From assembly GCA_964354835.1 (NCBI GenBank), contig CAYHBF010000050.1:1-34342 (forward strand): a stretch of DNA of 34,342 nt. Reading direction: 5' to 3'. Positions 18,888 through 27,344 of the stretch are shown here, piece after piece. The DNA is from an uncultured Candidatus Saccharibacteria bacterium (GTDB lineage Bacteria; Patescibacteriota; Minisyncoccia; Minisyncoccales; CAYHBF01). The notes beneath the pieces were generated by a model. That model saw nothing but the letters and a program-made list of their open reading frames with translations. It made no database searches and was not told where the DNA came from. The position numbers and the translations under genes are program-made. Numbering within the stretch: the stretch's first letter is position 1; every line of letters begins with the position of its first letter.

Positions 18888-19460
18888 ATGAAGAAAGATA
18901 AATTCGAAATCGTTGTTTCGGGAGCCGCTCAAATTAGTCATTGCTGTAAAAACATTAGAAAACTATCTAAAGAGCTTGGTAAAGAAATTGCTCGTCAAAA
19001 CTGCAATTTAGTTACCGGCGCCACAACGGGAGCTCCTTATTTAGTCGCTCAAGGGTGCAAGGAGGCTGGTGGCTTTAGTATAGGATTTTCTCCGGCAGTT
19101 TCAGAGGCCGCTCACTTGAAAAAATATAAACTGCCTTTGGATGCCTTCGATACTATAATTTATACCGGAGCAGATTATGCTGGCAGAAATTTAATGATGA
19201 CAAAATCTGCCGATGGGGTAATTATTATCTGCGGCAGAATAGGCACTTTGCATGAGTTTGCTACTGCCTTTGAAGTTCAAAAACTAATTGGGGTTTTAGA
19301 GGGTTCAGGTGGAACAGCTGATAAAATAAGAATGATTGCTGCCGGTCCCTATCGGGGAGTAAAAAAAATAATTTATGAAAAAGACCCTAAAAAACTGGTT
19401 AGAAAGTTAATTCAAGCAATAAAGAGAGAAAAAGGTCGAAATAGTAAAATATTAAAATAA
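18888..19460 (+). CDS. TIGR00725 / LOG-like (SLOG superfamily) Rossmann-fold protein
   Basis: IVVSGAA, VTGATTGAP, GGFSIGFSP and GRIGTLHEF (the PGGxGTxxE-like motif region). Confidence 0.65.
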   Translation: MKKDKFEIVVSGAAQISHCCKNIRKLSKELGKEIARQNCNLVTGATTGAPYLVAQGCKEAGGFSIGFSPAVSEAAHLKKYKLPLDAFDTIIYTGADYAGRNLMMTKSADGVIIICGRIGTLHEFATAFEVQKLIGVLEGSGGTADKIRMIAAGPYRGVKKIIYEKDPKKLVRKLIQAIKREKGRNSKILK

Positions 19461-19485
19461 TAATTTTAATCTTTTTTATAAACTT

Positions 19486-19752
19486 ATGCCCAATGAAACA
19501 CCCGAAGAAGGGAAATTAATTGGTAAGATTGCTCACTTTTTTTCGAAAATTGAAGTGGCAATAATTGATTTATCAGATACTTTAAAAGTTGGCGATACCA
19601 TTAGAATTGTTGGAGGAGCAACTGATTTTAATCAAACCGTGGACTCAATGGAAATTGAACATGAAAAAGTAAAAGAAGCGAAATCAGGCGATTCAGTTGG
19701 ATTAAAGATAGGCCAAAAGGTTAGGGAGGGCTACAAAGTATACAAAATTTAA
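19486..19752 (+). CDS. Small EF-Tu-domain-2-like beta-barrel protein
   Basis: 88 aa. VGDTIRIVGG...MEIEHEKVKEAKSGDSVGLKI resembles the translation-factor domain II barrel. Confidence 0.5.
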   Translation: MPNETPEEGKLIGKIAHFFSKIEVAIIDLSDTLKVGDTIRIVGGATDFNQTVDSMEIEHEKVKEAKSGDSVGLKIGQKVREGYKVYKI

Positions 19753-19758
19753 TTTTTT

Positions 19759-20181
19759 ATGACTCTCCAAATTCAAATTGTTTGTCAGCTGCTTTTAGCT
19801 GCTTTTTTAGGCAGTTTAATCGGTTTAGAAAGAGAAATAAAAAGAAAAGGAGCGGGACTTCAAACTTATAGCTTAGTAACATTAGGGGCTTGCCTTTTTA
19901 CAATAACTGCTTTCTCTCTCGCTGAATCAATTAATAATTTTGATCCTTCTATAATAATTATGGCAATAGCCCTTGGAATGGGTTTTATAGGAGCTGGAGC
20001 TATCGTTAGAGGAGAATTTCACATTGAAGGATTGACAACCGCTGCCGGATTATGGACCGCCGCCGCTATTGGATTAGCAGTCGGTGCTAATTTTTATTTT
20101 CTTGCCATCATAGCAACCATTTTAGTAATAGTAATTTTGGCCGGTTTTGGATTGATAGAGGAAAAAATTTTGAAGAAATAA
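19759..20181 (+). CDS. MgtC/SapB family membrane protein
   Basis: 140 aa, 4-5 TM segments, with LGSLIGLEREIKRKGAGLQTY characteristic of MgtC. Confidence 0.8.
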   Translation: MTLQIQIVCQLLLAAFLGSLIGLEREIKRKGAGLQTYSLVTLGACLFTITAFSLAESINNFDPSIIIMAIALGMGFIGAGAIVRGEFHIEGLTTAAGLWTAAAIGLAVGANFYFLAIIATILVIVILAGFGLIEEKILKK

Positions 20182-20191
20182 CTCGCAAAAA

Positions 20192-21439
20192 ATGAAATTT
20201 ATTGCTGATTTTCATTTACATTCGAAATATTCTCGGGCGACTTCTCCCCAGATGGACTTAGAGAATCTTGATAGCTGGGCTAAAATAAAGGGAATTAAAA
20301 TTTTAGGAACAGGAGATTTCACCCATCCCGAATGGTTGAAAAATTTAAAAGAGAAATTAGAACCCGCGGAGGCGGGCCTTTTTAAATTAAAAAACAGCAA
20401 CAGCGAAACTCGATTTCTTTTAACTGCTGAGGTAAGCTGTATTTATTCTAAAGAGGGGATGGTTCGGAAAATCCACATTATATTATTTTCTCCTTCTTTT
20501 GAAATTTGTGATAAAATTAATGTTCATTTAGGTTGGATTGGCAATCTAAAAGCAGACGGAAGACCAATTTTGGGCTTGGACGCCAAAGAGCTTTCAAAAA
20601 TTGTTTTAAATATTTCTCAGGACTGTTTAATTGTCCCCGGGCATATTTGGACTCCCTGGTTTTCATTGTTCGGCTCTAAGTCCGGCTTTGATTCAATTGA
20701 GGAATGTTTTGAGGAATATACAAAATATATTTTTGCCGGCGAAACAGGTTTAAGCAGTAACCCGGCAATGAATTGGCGGCTTTCGGTCCTGGATAAAATT
20801 ACCTTAATAAGCAATAGTGATAGTCATAGTCCTTCCCGAATCGGCCGAGAATCTAATGTGTTTGATACCGAAATTTCTTACTCCACAATTATTGAAGCAA
20901 TAAAGTCAAAAAATCCCCTCAAATTTCTTTATACTGTTGAATTTTTTCCAGAAGAAGGTAAATATCATTATGATGGGCACAGAATTTGCGGAATCTCCCT
21001 ATCTCCTCAGGAGTCGAAAAAATATAACAATATCTGTCCCAACTGCGGAAGGCCTCTGACTATTGGGGTTTTAAACAGGGTTGAGGAACTGGCTGATCGA
21101 CCAGTGGGTTTTAAACCAGCGACTTTTATCCCGTTTAAAAGCTTGGTTCCTTTAGTTGAAATAATTGCCGATGCTTTGGGCTTGCTTTCCGGGGCAAAGC
21201 AAGTTAATGAAGAATATAATCGTCTAATTGAAAAATTTGGAAACGAATTTAAGGTTTTACTTGAAGCTTCCCGTCAAGATTTAGAGGCAGCTACTCTGCC
21301 AGAAATTGCTGAAGGTATCGTCAGAGTGAGAGAGGGAAGAGTCAATATCGAACCGGGCTATGATGGGGTTTATGGAAAAATCAGAATTTTTTCAAAGGGC
21401 GAGCAAAAAACCATATCAAAACAGGGGACCCTTTTTTAA
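20192..21439 (+). CDS. Endonuclease Q-like PHP-domain nuclease (TIGR00375 family)
   Basis: ADFHLHSKYSRATS, GTGDFTHPEW, SNSDSHSP, GKYHYDGHR, zinc ribbon CPNCGRPL, and PGYDGVYGKIRIF. It is collinear with my recollection of Pyrococcus EndoQ. Confidence 0.8.
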   Translation: MKFIADFHLHSKYSRATSPQMDLENLDSWAKIKGIKILGTGDFTHPEWLKNLKEKLEPAEAGLFKLKNSNSETRFLLTAEVSCIYSKEGMVRKIHIILFSPSFEICDKINVHLGWIGNLKADGRPILGLDAKELSKIVLNISQDCLIVPGHIWTPWFSLFGSKSGFDSIEECFEEYTKYIFAGETGLSSNPAMNWRLSVLDKITLISNSDSHSPSRIGRESNVFDTEISYSTIIEAIKSKNPLKFLYTVEFFPEEGKYHYDGHRICGISLSPQESKKYNNICPNCGRPLTIGVLNRVEELADRPVGFKPATFIPFKSLVPLVEIIADALGLLSGAKQVNEEYNRLIEKFGNEFKVLLEASRQDLEAATLPEIAEGIVRVREGRVNIEPGYDGVYGKIRIFSKGEQKTISKQGTLF

Positions 21440-21452
21440 AAACAATTTACTT

Positions 21453-22340
21453 ATGAAAATAGGAATTCCGCAAGCTTTACTTTATTGGAAACAACCTTAT
21501 TTTTGGGAAACTTTTTTTGGAAATTTGGGTTTTGAAGTTTTACTTTCCCCTCCAACTAATAAAGAGATTGTTGAGCAAGGGGTAAAAGTCTCGGATCCCG
21601 AAACTTGTTTTTCTAATAAAGTTTATTGGGGTCATCTTTTGTGGCTTGATGGAAAATGCGACTACATTTTTATTCCCCGACTGAAGGTTAATGGAGAAAA
21701 GCTTGAATACTGTCCTAAATTTTTTGGAGTTCCAGACCTTGCCAAGATTTTAGTAAAAAATAAAATCCTGACCGAAACTTTTAATGAAAGAAAGGAAAGC
21801 TTTGAAAGAACCCTTGAAAAATTAGGGGAAAAATTAAATAAAAACAGAAAAGAGGTAAAAAAAGCAGCAGAAATTTCCTTTTTAAAGCAAAAAGAAATAA
21901 AAGAAAAAGAGGAAGAAGATTTCCTGAAAAAAATTCAGTCTCCCAAACAAAAATTTATCTTAATTTCTCACCCCTACAATTTAAAGGATGAATATGTTAA
22001 TTTAAGAATGAAAGAAAAGCTGGAAAAATTAGGAGCTGAAGCAATATTTATTGACGAAGTTCCAATTCAAAATAAAGAAAATAAATTGGATTGGCCGAAA
22101 TTCCACTGGGAGTTTGGTAAAGAAATAATGGAAAAGATGAGCACAATATTAAACTACAATATCGCCGGTGCTATTGAGATTTCTTCTTTTCAGTGCGGTT
22201 GCGATGCAGTTTTAAAAGAATTTGTTGAAAAAGAATTTAAATCGAGAAAAATCCCCTTCTTATACTTAATTGTTGACGAACAAACCGGTGAGGCTGGTTT
22301 TCAGACCAGATTAGAGGCCTTTTTGGACACCATAAAATAA
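21453..22340 (+). CDS. Acyl-CoA dehydratase-activase-associated protein (DUF2229-like)
   Basis: MKIGIPQALLYWKQPYFWETFFGNLGFEV...ETCFSNKVYWGH, and a C-terminal CGCDAV...VDEQTGEAGFQTRLEAFLD. I chose the ATG at 21453. Confidence 0.7.
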   Translation: MKIGIPQALLYWKQPYFWETFFGNLGFEVLLSPPTNKEIVEQGVKVSDPETCFSNKVYWGHLLWLDGKCDYIFIPRLKVNGEKLEYCPKFFGVPDLAKILVKNKILTETFNERKESFERTLEKLGEKLNKNRKEVKKAAEISFLKQKEIKEKEEEDFLKKIQSPKQKFILISHPYNLKDEYVNLRMKEKLEKLGAEAIFIDEVPIQNKENKLDWPKFHWEFGKEIMEKMSTILNYNIAGAIEISSFQCGCDAVLKEFVEKEFKSRKIPFLYLIVDEQTGEAGFQTRLEAFLDTIK

Positions 22341-22349
22341 TTTACCACT

Positions 22350-23435
22350 ATGGAAAAACCAATTATTACGTTTGCCAGATGGGGGAATTATACCATTGCT
22401 TTTAAAACCATTTTTGAACAGTTGGGCTTAGAAGTAATTTCTCCAGAAAAAACGAATTCTCAAACTATTGCTGAAGGCGCAAAATTAAGCCCGGAAATGT
22501 TTTGTTTCCCAATGAAAGTAAACCTGGGAAATTATTTGCCGGCCCTGAAAAAAGGAGCCAATACCATTTTTATGGTTCAAAATATCGGTGGTTCCTGCCG
22601 GCAAAGATATTACGGAGTCATTCAGGAAAAAGTTTTAAAAGAGGCCGGTCATCAGATTAATTTTTTAGATTTCAGAGCTACCCCAAAAGACATTTATTCA
22701 AAAGTAAAGGAAATTTCCGGAGCCTCTTTTTGGCAGATAATGAAGGTGGCCCGTTTTTTCTTAAAAAAACTAGCATTAATTGAAAAAATTGAGAAAATGG
22801 GTCAATATTACCGGCCAAGAGAAATTGAAAGAGGAGAGACGGACAGAATAATCCAATGGAGTTTTTCAAAACTCGAAGAACCAAAAAAAGAAGAAGATTT
22901 CCCCAAGCTCAAACAGGAAATTTTAAAAAAAATTACAGAGATTAAAATCAATAAAAATAAAAGTTTGCCAAAGGTAGCTCTGGTTGGCGAAATCTATACG
23001 GTTTGCGACCCGACGATTAATTTCAAGATTGAAGAGAAACTTGGCATGGAGGAAATCGAAGTTCACCGGCAAATGGATATTACTTACCATATAAAAAAAC
23101 TGATTTTTCCCTGGAAGGATTGGATAATTCAGAGAAAGATAAATCCTTATTTACGTTCTACCGTTGGCGGTCATGGTCGAGATGCGATTTACGAAATGCT
23201 TAATTATGTAAAAGAGGATTTCGACGGTATAATTCACCTTCTGCCCTTTGGCTGCATGCCGGAAGTAACCGTCAGGCCGATTTTAGAAAAAATTCACCAG
23301 GAGTCGGGAATGCCCTTTTTATCTTTGTCTCTCGATGAGCAAGTAGCCGAGGCGGGCATTGATACAAGATTAGAGGCCTTTATTGATGTAGTCAGAAATC
23401 ATTACAAAAATAAATCTAGAACCGCAATATCTTAA
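22350..23435 (+). CDS. 2-hydroxyacyl-CoA dehydratase subunit-like protein (HgdB/D-component-like, DUF2229)
   Basis: FCFPMKVNLG, VALVGEIYTVCDP, and FGCMPEV...LDEQVAEAGIDTRLEAFID (the same C-terminal signature as the preceding gene). Confidence 0.7.
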   Translation: MEKPIITFARWGNYTIAFKTIFEQLGLEVISPEKTNSQTIAEGAKLSPEMFCFPMKVNLGNYLPALKKGANTIFMVQNIGGSCRQRYYGVIQEKVLKEAGHQINFLDFRATPKDIYSKVKEISGASFWQIMKVARFFLKKLALIEKIEKMGQYYRPREIERGETDRIIQWSFSKLEEPKKEEDFPKLKQEILKKITEIKINKNKSLPKVALVGEIYTVCDPTINFKIEEKLGMEEIEVHRQMDITYHIKKLIFPWKDWIIQRKINPYLRSTVGGHGRDAIYEMLNYVKEDFDGIIHLLPFGCMPEVTVRPILEKIHQESGMPFLSLSLDEQVAEAGIDTRLEAFIDVVRNHYKNKSRTAIS

Positions 23436-23446
23436 ATCACAAATTT

Positions 23447-24412
23447 ATGAGAGCTTACTTAGGCATAGACGTCGGCTCCATTTCAACCAAGTTTGTTTTG
23501 ATTGACGAAAAAAACCAGATTCTGTATTCTTCCTATTTCAGAACTGAAGGAAATCCAATCAGAGCTGTCCAAAAGGGTTTAAAAGAATTAAACAATCAAA
23601 TTTCAAAACATAATCCAGCCGTTGAAATTGCTGGAGTTGGAACTACTGGTTCTGCCCGATATTTAACGGGAGTGATTACCGGAGCCGATTTAATAAAAAA
23701 CGAAATCACCGCTCACGCCAAAGGTGTTTCCTATTTCGTTCCCGAGGTCAAAACGGTAATTGAAATTGGAGGCCAGGATTCAAAAGTTATAATTTTAGAA
23801 AATGGAGTGGTAGTTGATTTCGCAATGAATCTTATTTGCGCCGCCGGTACAGGGTCATTTCTTGACGCTCAAGCCTTCAGGTTAAAAATCCCGATTGAAA
23901 AATTTGGAGATTTGGCCCTAAAAGCAAAAACCCCCACAACTATTGGTTCTCGGTGTACCGTTTTTTGTGAATCAGACATGATTCACAAACAGCAAATTGG
24001 CCATAAAACAGAAGATATTATTGCTGGATTATGTCAGGGTTTGGCTCGAAATTTTTTAAATAATGTAGCCAGAGGAAAAAACATTCAACCACCGATTGTT
24101 TTTCTGGGAGGAGTGAGTGAAAATCTGGGGATGAGAAAAGCTTTTGAGGAGGTTTTGAACCAAAAAATTATTGTTCCTTCTTATAACACGGTAATGGGGG
24201 CATTCGGAGTTGCCCTTTTACTGAAAGAGATGTCTCTCCCAAAAACAAAATTTCTTGGTTTTGAAATTTCAGATAAAGACATTAAATGTACTTCTTTTCA
24301 ATGTAAGGGTTGTCCGAACCAATGTGAAGTTATTGAGGCCAGAATTGACGGGAAAGTCGTAGCCAGATGGGGAGACCGATGCGGAAAATGGTCAAACTTA
24401 TCTTATGAATAA
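23447..24412 (+). CDS. BcrAD/BadFG-type ATPase (dehydratase/reductase 'activase')
   Basis: LGIDVGSISTK, EIGGQDSK, CAAGTGSF and GGVSEN actin-fold motifs. There is a Cys-rich tail CTSFQCKGCPNQCEV...GDRCGKW. Confidence 0.85.
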   Translation: MRAYLGIDVGSISTKFVLIDEKNQILYSSYFRTEGNPIRAVQKGLKELNNQISKHNPAVEIAGVGTTGSARYLTGVITGADLIKNEITAHAKGVSYFVPEVKTVIEIGGQDSKVIILENGVVVDFAMNLICAAGTGSFLDAQAFRLKIPIEKFGDLALKAKTPTTIGSRCTVFCESDMIHKQQIGHKTEDIIAGLCQGLARNFLNNVARGKNIQPPIVFLGGVSENLGMRKAFEEVLNQKIIVPSYNTVMGAFGVALLLKEMSLPKTKFLGFEISDKDIKCTSFQCKGCPNQCEVIEARIDGKVVARWGDRCGKWSNLSYE

Positions 24413-24427
24413 TTGAGATTATTTCCT

Positions 24428-24790
24428 ATGATTAAAGAATATCATTTTGGCTCAATAACTATTGATGGGAAAGTTTATAATCACGATGTCGAAGTCCGTT
24501 GGGCTGGCGAGGTTTTACCTTGGCAAAGAAAAGAGAGCCACATTATTGACGTGGAAGATGTAAAAGGAACGGTTGAACAAAATCCAGATACAATTATTAT
24601 TGGTACTGGCGAATCGGGAGTGGCCAAGATTACTCAGGAAGCTAAAACTTTTATTCTCGAAAAAGGAATTAAATTGATTATTGACAAGACAGGAGAGGCG
24701 GTAAAAACCTTTAATGTTATTAATGAAGAATCGAAAGAGGAAGAAGGCGAGCAAAACAAGATAATTGGTCTGTTCCACTTGACTTGCTAA
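24428..24790 (+). CDS. Mth938-domain (DUF498/NDUFAF3-like) protein
   Basis: FGSITIDGKVYNHDVEV...PDTIIIGTGESG...EKGIKLIIDKTGEAVKTFN. I chose the ATG at 24428. Confidence 0.6.
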   Translation: MIKEYHFGSITIDGKVYNHDVEVRWAGEVLPWQRKESHIIDVEDVKGTVEQNPDTIIIGTGESGVAKITQEAKTFILEKGIKLIIDKTGEAVKTFNVINEESKEEEGEQNKIIGLFHLTC

Positions 24791-24807
24791 GCTAGCTATG
24801 CTATAAT
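24779..24807 (+). promoter_or_regulatory. Near-consensus sigma70-type promoter
   Basis: TTGACT (24779-24784), 17-nt spacer, TATAAT (24802-24807). It lies in the last codons of the Mth938 gene. Confidence 0.6.
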
Positions 24808-25003
24808 CCAGTCAGACCAATAAGTCGTAGTATCTTAGTTAAATTTCGTTTTCAAAAATCGAAAGTAAATTAAGTAGAGCGACCGAAGGTCATCCTTCGA
24901 CAAGCTCAGGATGATGCTGAGTTTACCGAAGTATCAAAAGGTCGTTTTTATTTTTAATTATCAGTGTCCCCGAAATTTGCGAAGCAAATTTGGGGCAATA
25001 TCT

Positions 25004-25186
25004 ATGGCTTTCAAAAAATTTGAAGGCGAGAGAACGGACTTCCCACCTCGAAAAATGTATCAGGGAAACTGGGCTTGTGCCGATTGCGGAACAGCTATAA
25101 CTGAACTCCCATTCGAGCCCTCTCCAGACAGACCTATTTATTGTCGAGAGTGTCATGCGAAACGCAGAAGTCAATTCCGACGCTAA
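25004..25186 (+). CDS. CxxC-x17-CxxC zinc-ribbon protein (60 aa)
   Basis: MAFKKFEG...WACADCGTAITELPFEPSPDRPIYCRECH. CADC and CREC are separated by 17 residues. The ATG at 25004 is preferred over the upstream start in the ORF track. Confidence 0.75.
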   Translation: MAFKKFEGERTDFPPRKMYQGNWACADCGTAITELPFEPSPDRPIYCRECHAKRRSQFRR

Positions 25187-25194
25187 AAGAAAAG

Positions 25195-25225
25195 CCGAGC
25201 ACATAATTTATGTGCTCGGTTTTTT
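25195..25225. terminator. Intrinsic terminator between convergent genes (T-run on + strand, A-run upstream gives bidirectional potential)
   Basis: CCGAGCACATAA / TTATGTGCTCGG stem followed by TTTTTT. Confidence 0.75.
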
Positions 25226-25258
25226 GTTGCAACAAACCGGAGAATAAAACCTTTTTTG

Positions 25259-26341
25259 CTATGTTTTCGGGAACCAACTGATTAAATTCCCCCTTATTTC
25301 AAATTTTCCATTAAAAAATTTCTCAATCACCCAAATATTAGTCCTGCAGTGATTAGTAATTTCTGAAACGGTAACCTTAGATTTCCCGGGACCTAAAGCC
25401 ATATAGGGCAAAATTTGGTCGGCTAAATGTTTATCTAAACAAGCCTCGGATTTCTGTTCTCTTAATAATTCAAAAGCAGCTTCTTTTCCAACGTCTTCTG
25501 CTCTTTTGCCTAATTTTCCCAAATTATCGGCTCCGATAACCGTATTTTCAAACTCGGCAATTAAACAAATCTGGCTTCCCGGACATTGGGTAGGATAATA
25601 TTCAATTTTTTCTTCAGTCGGTAGCTTTAATTTCCCTAAAATTTCTTTCACGCCGGCAATTTGCCGCTCGGCCACGTTTTTGTCTTGTAATAACTCTGAA
25701 GCGCCGGAAATAACTAAAATTTTTTGAAGTTCTCCCCGTTCGGTTAAATTAAGCCCCTTTAATTTAAAAGCTTGCCCTCCGGAGCCTTGCTTGTCCACTG
25801 AAACTTTAGCGGAGGCGGGGCGAAGGAGGGGAAATAGCGTTATTTCTACTCCTGCTCCTCCTTCGGGATAATAACCCCTTTTTAAGATATTTATTTCTCC
25901 TTTTGCGCCTAATTTTTCCAGTATTTTTAAGAACACATAATGAAAATAATCAATTGTCGGCGAGAAAAAAGTATCAGTAGCCCCGCCTTCAAAAGTAATT
26001 TTTATCGGGCGAGGAGCAAATAGGGAAGGCAGAATTAAGGTTTGTAAAACCAAAGTAATGCTCCCAGCCGTTGGAATATCTACAAAGACTCGTTCTTTGT
26101 AAATTTCACCAGGGTAAAATTTAATTTCCTGAGATCCTAATTCGTCTCCCTCCAAGCTTCCGTTGCAAAGCCGGGCCAGGGCTTGAATTCCCGCAAGATG
26201 TTGCGGCATTAAACCTGGTTTTTCTCTGCCTTTTCTGATGTTATAAACAAGACAGGGGTTTTTAGTAACCGCCGATAAAGCGCAGGCTGTTCTCAATATT
26301 TGGCCGCCGGCTTCGCCTATTGAACCGTCAATTTCAATCAT
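25259..26341 (-). CDS. rtcA: RNA 3'-terminal phosphate cyclase
   Basis: [30 protein letters not shown], a GGATD-type region and [10 protein letters not shown]. There is an in-frame GC-rich segment at about 25775-25833. Confidence 0.9.
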   Translation of the reverse strand: MIEIDGSIGEAGGQILRTACALSAVTKNPCLVYNIRKGREKPGLMPQHLAGIQALARLCNGSLEGDELGSQEIKFYPGEIYKERVFVDIPTAGSITLVLQTLILPSLFAPRPIKITFEGGATDTFFSPTIDYFHYVFLKILEKLGAKGEINILKRGYYPEGGAGVEITLFPLLRPASAKVSVDKQGSGGQAFKLKGLNLTERGELQKILVISGASELLQDKNVAERQIAGVKEILGKLKLPTEEKIEYYPTQCPGSQICLIAEFENTVIGADNLGKLGKRAEDVGKEAAFELLREQKSEACLDKHLADQILPYMALGPGKSKVTVSEITNHCRTNIWVIEKFFNGKFEIRGNLISWFPKT

Positions 26342-26352
26342 CGAAATAAATT

Positions 26353-26471
26353 TTATTGAGATGGCAGATGAATTTCTAATTCATCAATCATCGAAATAAA
26401 GTTCGCTGAACTTCGTTCATCTCTCGCCCTTCGCTTTACTTGGGCAGATGAATTTCTAATTCATTGATCAT
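26353..26471 (-). promoter_or_regulatory. rtcA leader with two tandem mini-ORFs created by nested duplications
   Basis: uORF1 at 26471-26436 encodes MINELEIHLPK*. uORF2 at 26391-26353 encodes [13 protein letters not shown] 17-nt exact repeat TTTATTTCGATGATTGA (minus strand) precedes and overlaps both uORF2 and the rtcA start. Confidence 0.5.
26398..26444 (+). repeat. Copy of the element in the rtcA upstream region
   Basis: AAGTTCGCTGAACTTCGTTCATCTCTCGCCCTTCGCTTTACTTGGG aligns with the consensus. It is flanked by a 28/30-nt direct repeat at 26363-26392 and 26443-26472. Confidence 0.65.
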
Positions 26472-26648
26472 CTTATATCTATTCTAAAGTAGAAACCCTT
26501 TAAAATCAAAGAACCCCGGCTTCTGTGGATAAATTTTGTCGGCATAATAGAAATGCTTTAACGTGTGGAAATATTGTGTTAAAATTAAAATATGGATAAA
26601 AAACTAGATAAAAAATGTTTGCAGAAAGTCTAACAAAAAAAATAAAAA

Positions 26649-27050
26649 ATGAAAAAATATCCTAACGTAACCGTAAAAGTCATATTTAGGTATAAAAGTA
26701 GAATATTAATTTTAGGGCATAAGAATGGCGTGTTTAGCTTTCCTGGAGGACGGATGAATTGGGGAGAGTCAATTTTAGAAGCTTTAAATAGGGAATTAAA
26801 GGAAGAAATAAATTATTCATTAGAGAGCGAACCGGAATTATTAGAAGTTTGGAATTACATCTCTAAAAATCGATTACGTCATAGCGTTATGATTAATTTT
26901 ATTCAACAATTAGATAAAAAACCTAAATTATTTTCTCCGGAAAAATTAAAAACCCTTTGGCTTAATAAAAATGATATTCTTTCAAGGAATATTATTAAAG
27001 AAAAAGAATTTATTGATAAGATATTTAATTGGAATAAATCGAAAAAATAA
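26649..27050 (+). CDS. NUDIX hydrolase
   Basis: Nudix box GGRMNWGESILEALNRELKEEINY. Confidence 0.8.
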   Translation: MKKYPNVTVKVIFRYKSRILILGHKNGVFSFPGGRMNWGESILEALNRELKEEINYSLESEPELLEVWNYISKNRLRHSVMINFIQQLDKKPKLFSPEKLKTLWLNKNDILSRNIIKEKEFIDKIFNWNKSKK

Positions 27051-27344
27051 TTAAAATATTAAATCTTGAAAAAGAAAAAAGAATTACAAAATCTTATCTT
27101 GGCTTGATGTGTGAGAGAAAAAGGAGGGTATAATGTTCATTTATATTGGTGGCGTTTTAGATTCGATAAAAACTGCCATATACGCGTAAATTACTCTCTG
27201 TATAATATTAACAAATATTGATATCTTTTTTGTTTATTATAAAATATAAAAAAGCAACATCAAAAGGTCGATTTTTAAACATATTCTAAAATATAAAACC
27301 ATTTTTAGAAACCTTTTTGTCTATAAAAATTAAATTCCTTCTTA

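Noticed and set aside
21360-21452. Upstream start codons from the ORF track for several genes: 21360, 24413, 17812, 16951, 5786 and 31274.
   Set aside because: These are longest-ORF extensions, several using TTG or GTG. They overlap the preceding gene or non-coding structure. Internal ATGs give N-termini that match the family patterns.
24911-25204. N-terminal extension of the CxxC gene (start at 24911), and the 93-aa antisense ORF at 24923-25204.
   Set aside because: The upstream 31 codons run through hairpins and a T-tract of the leader and look non-coding. The ATG at 25004 gives the compact zinc-ribbon protein. The antisense ORF is a shadow of it.
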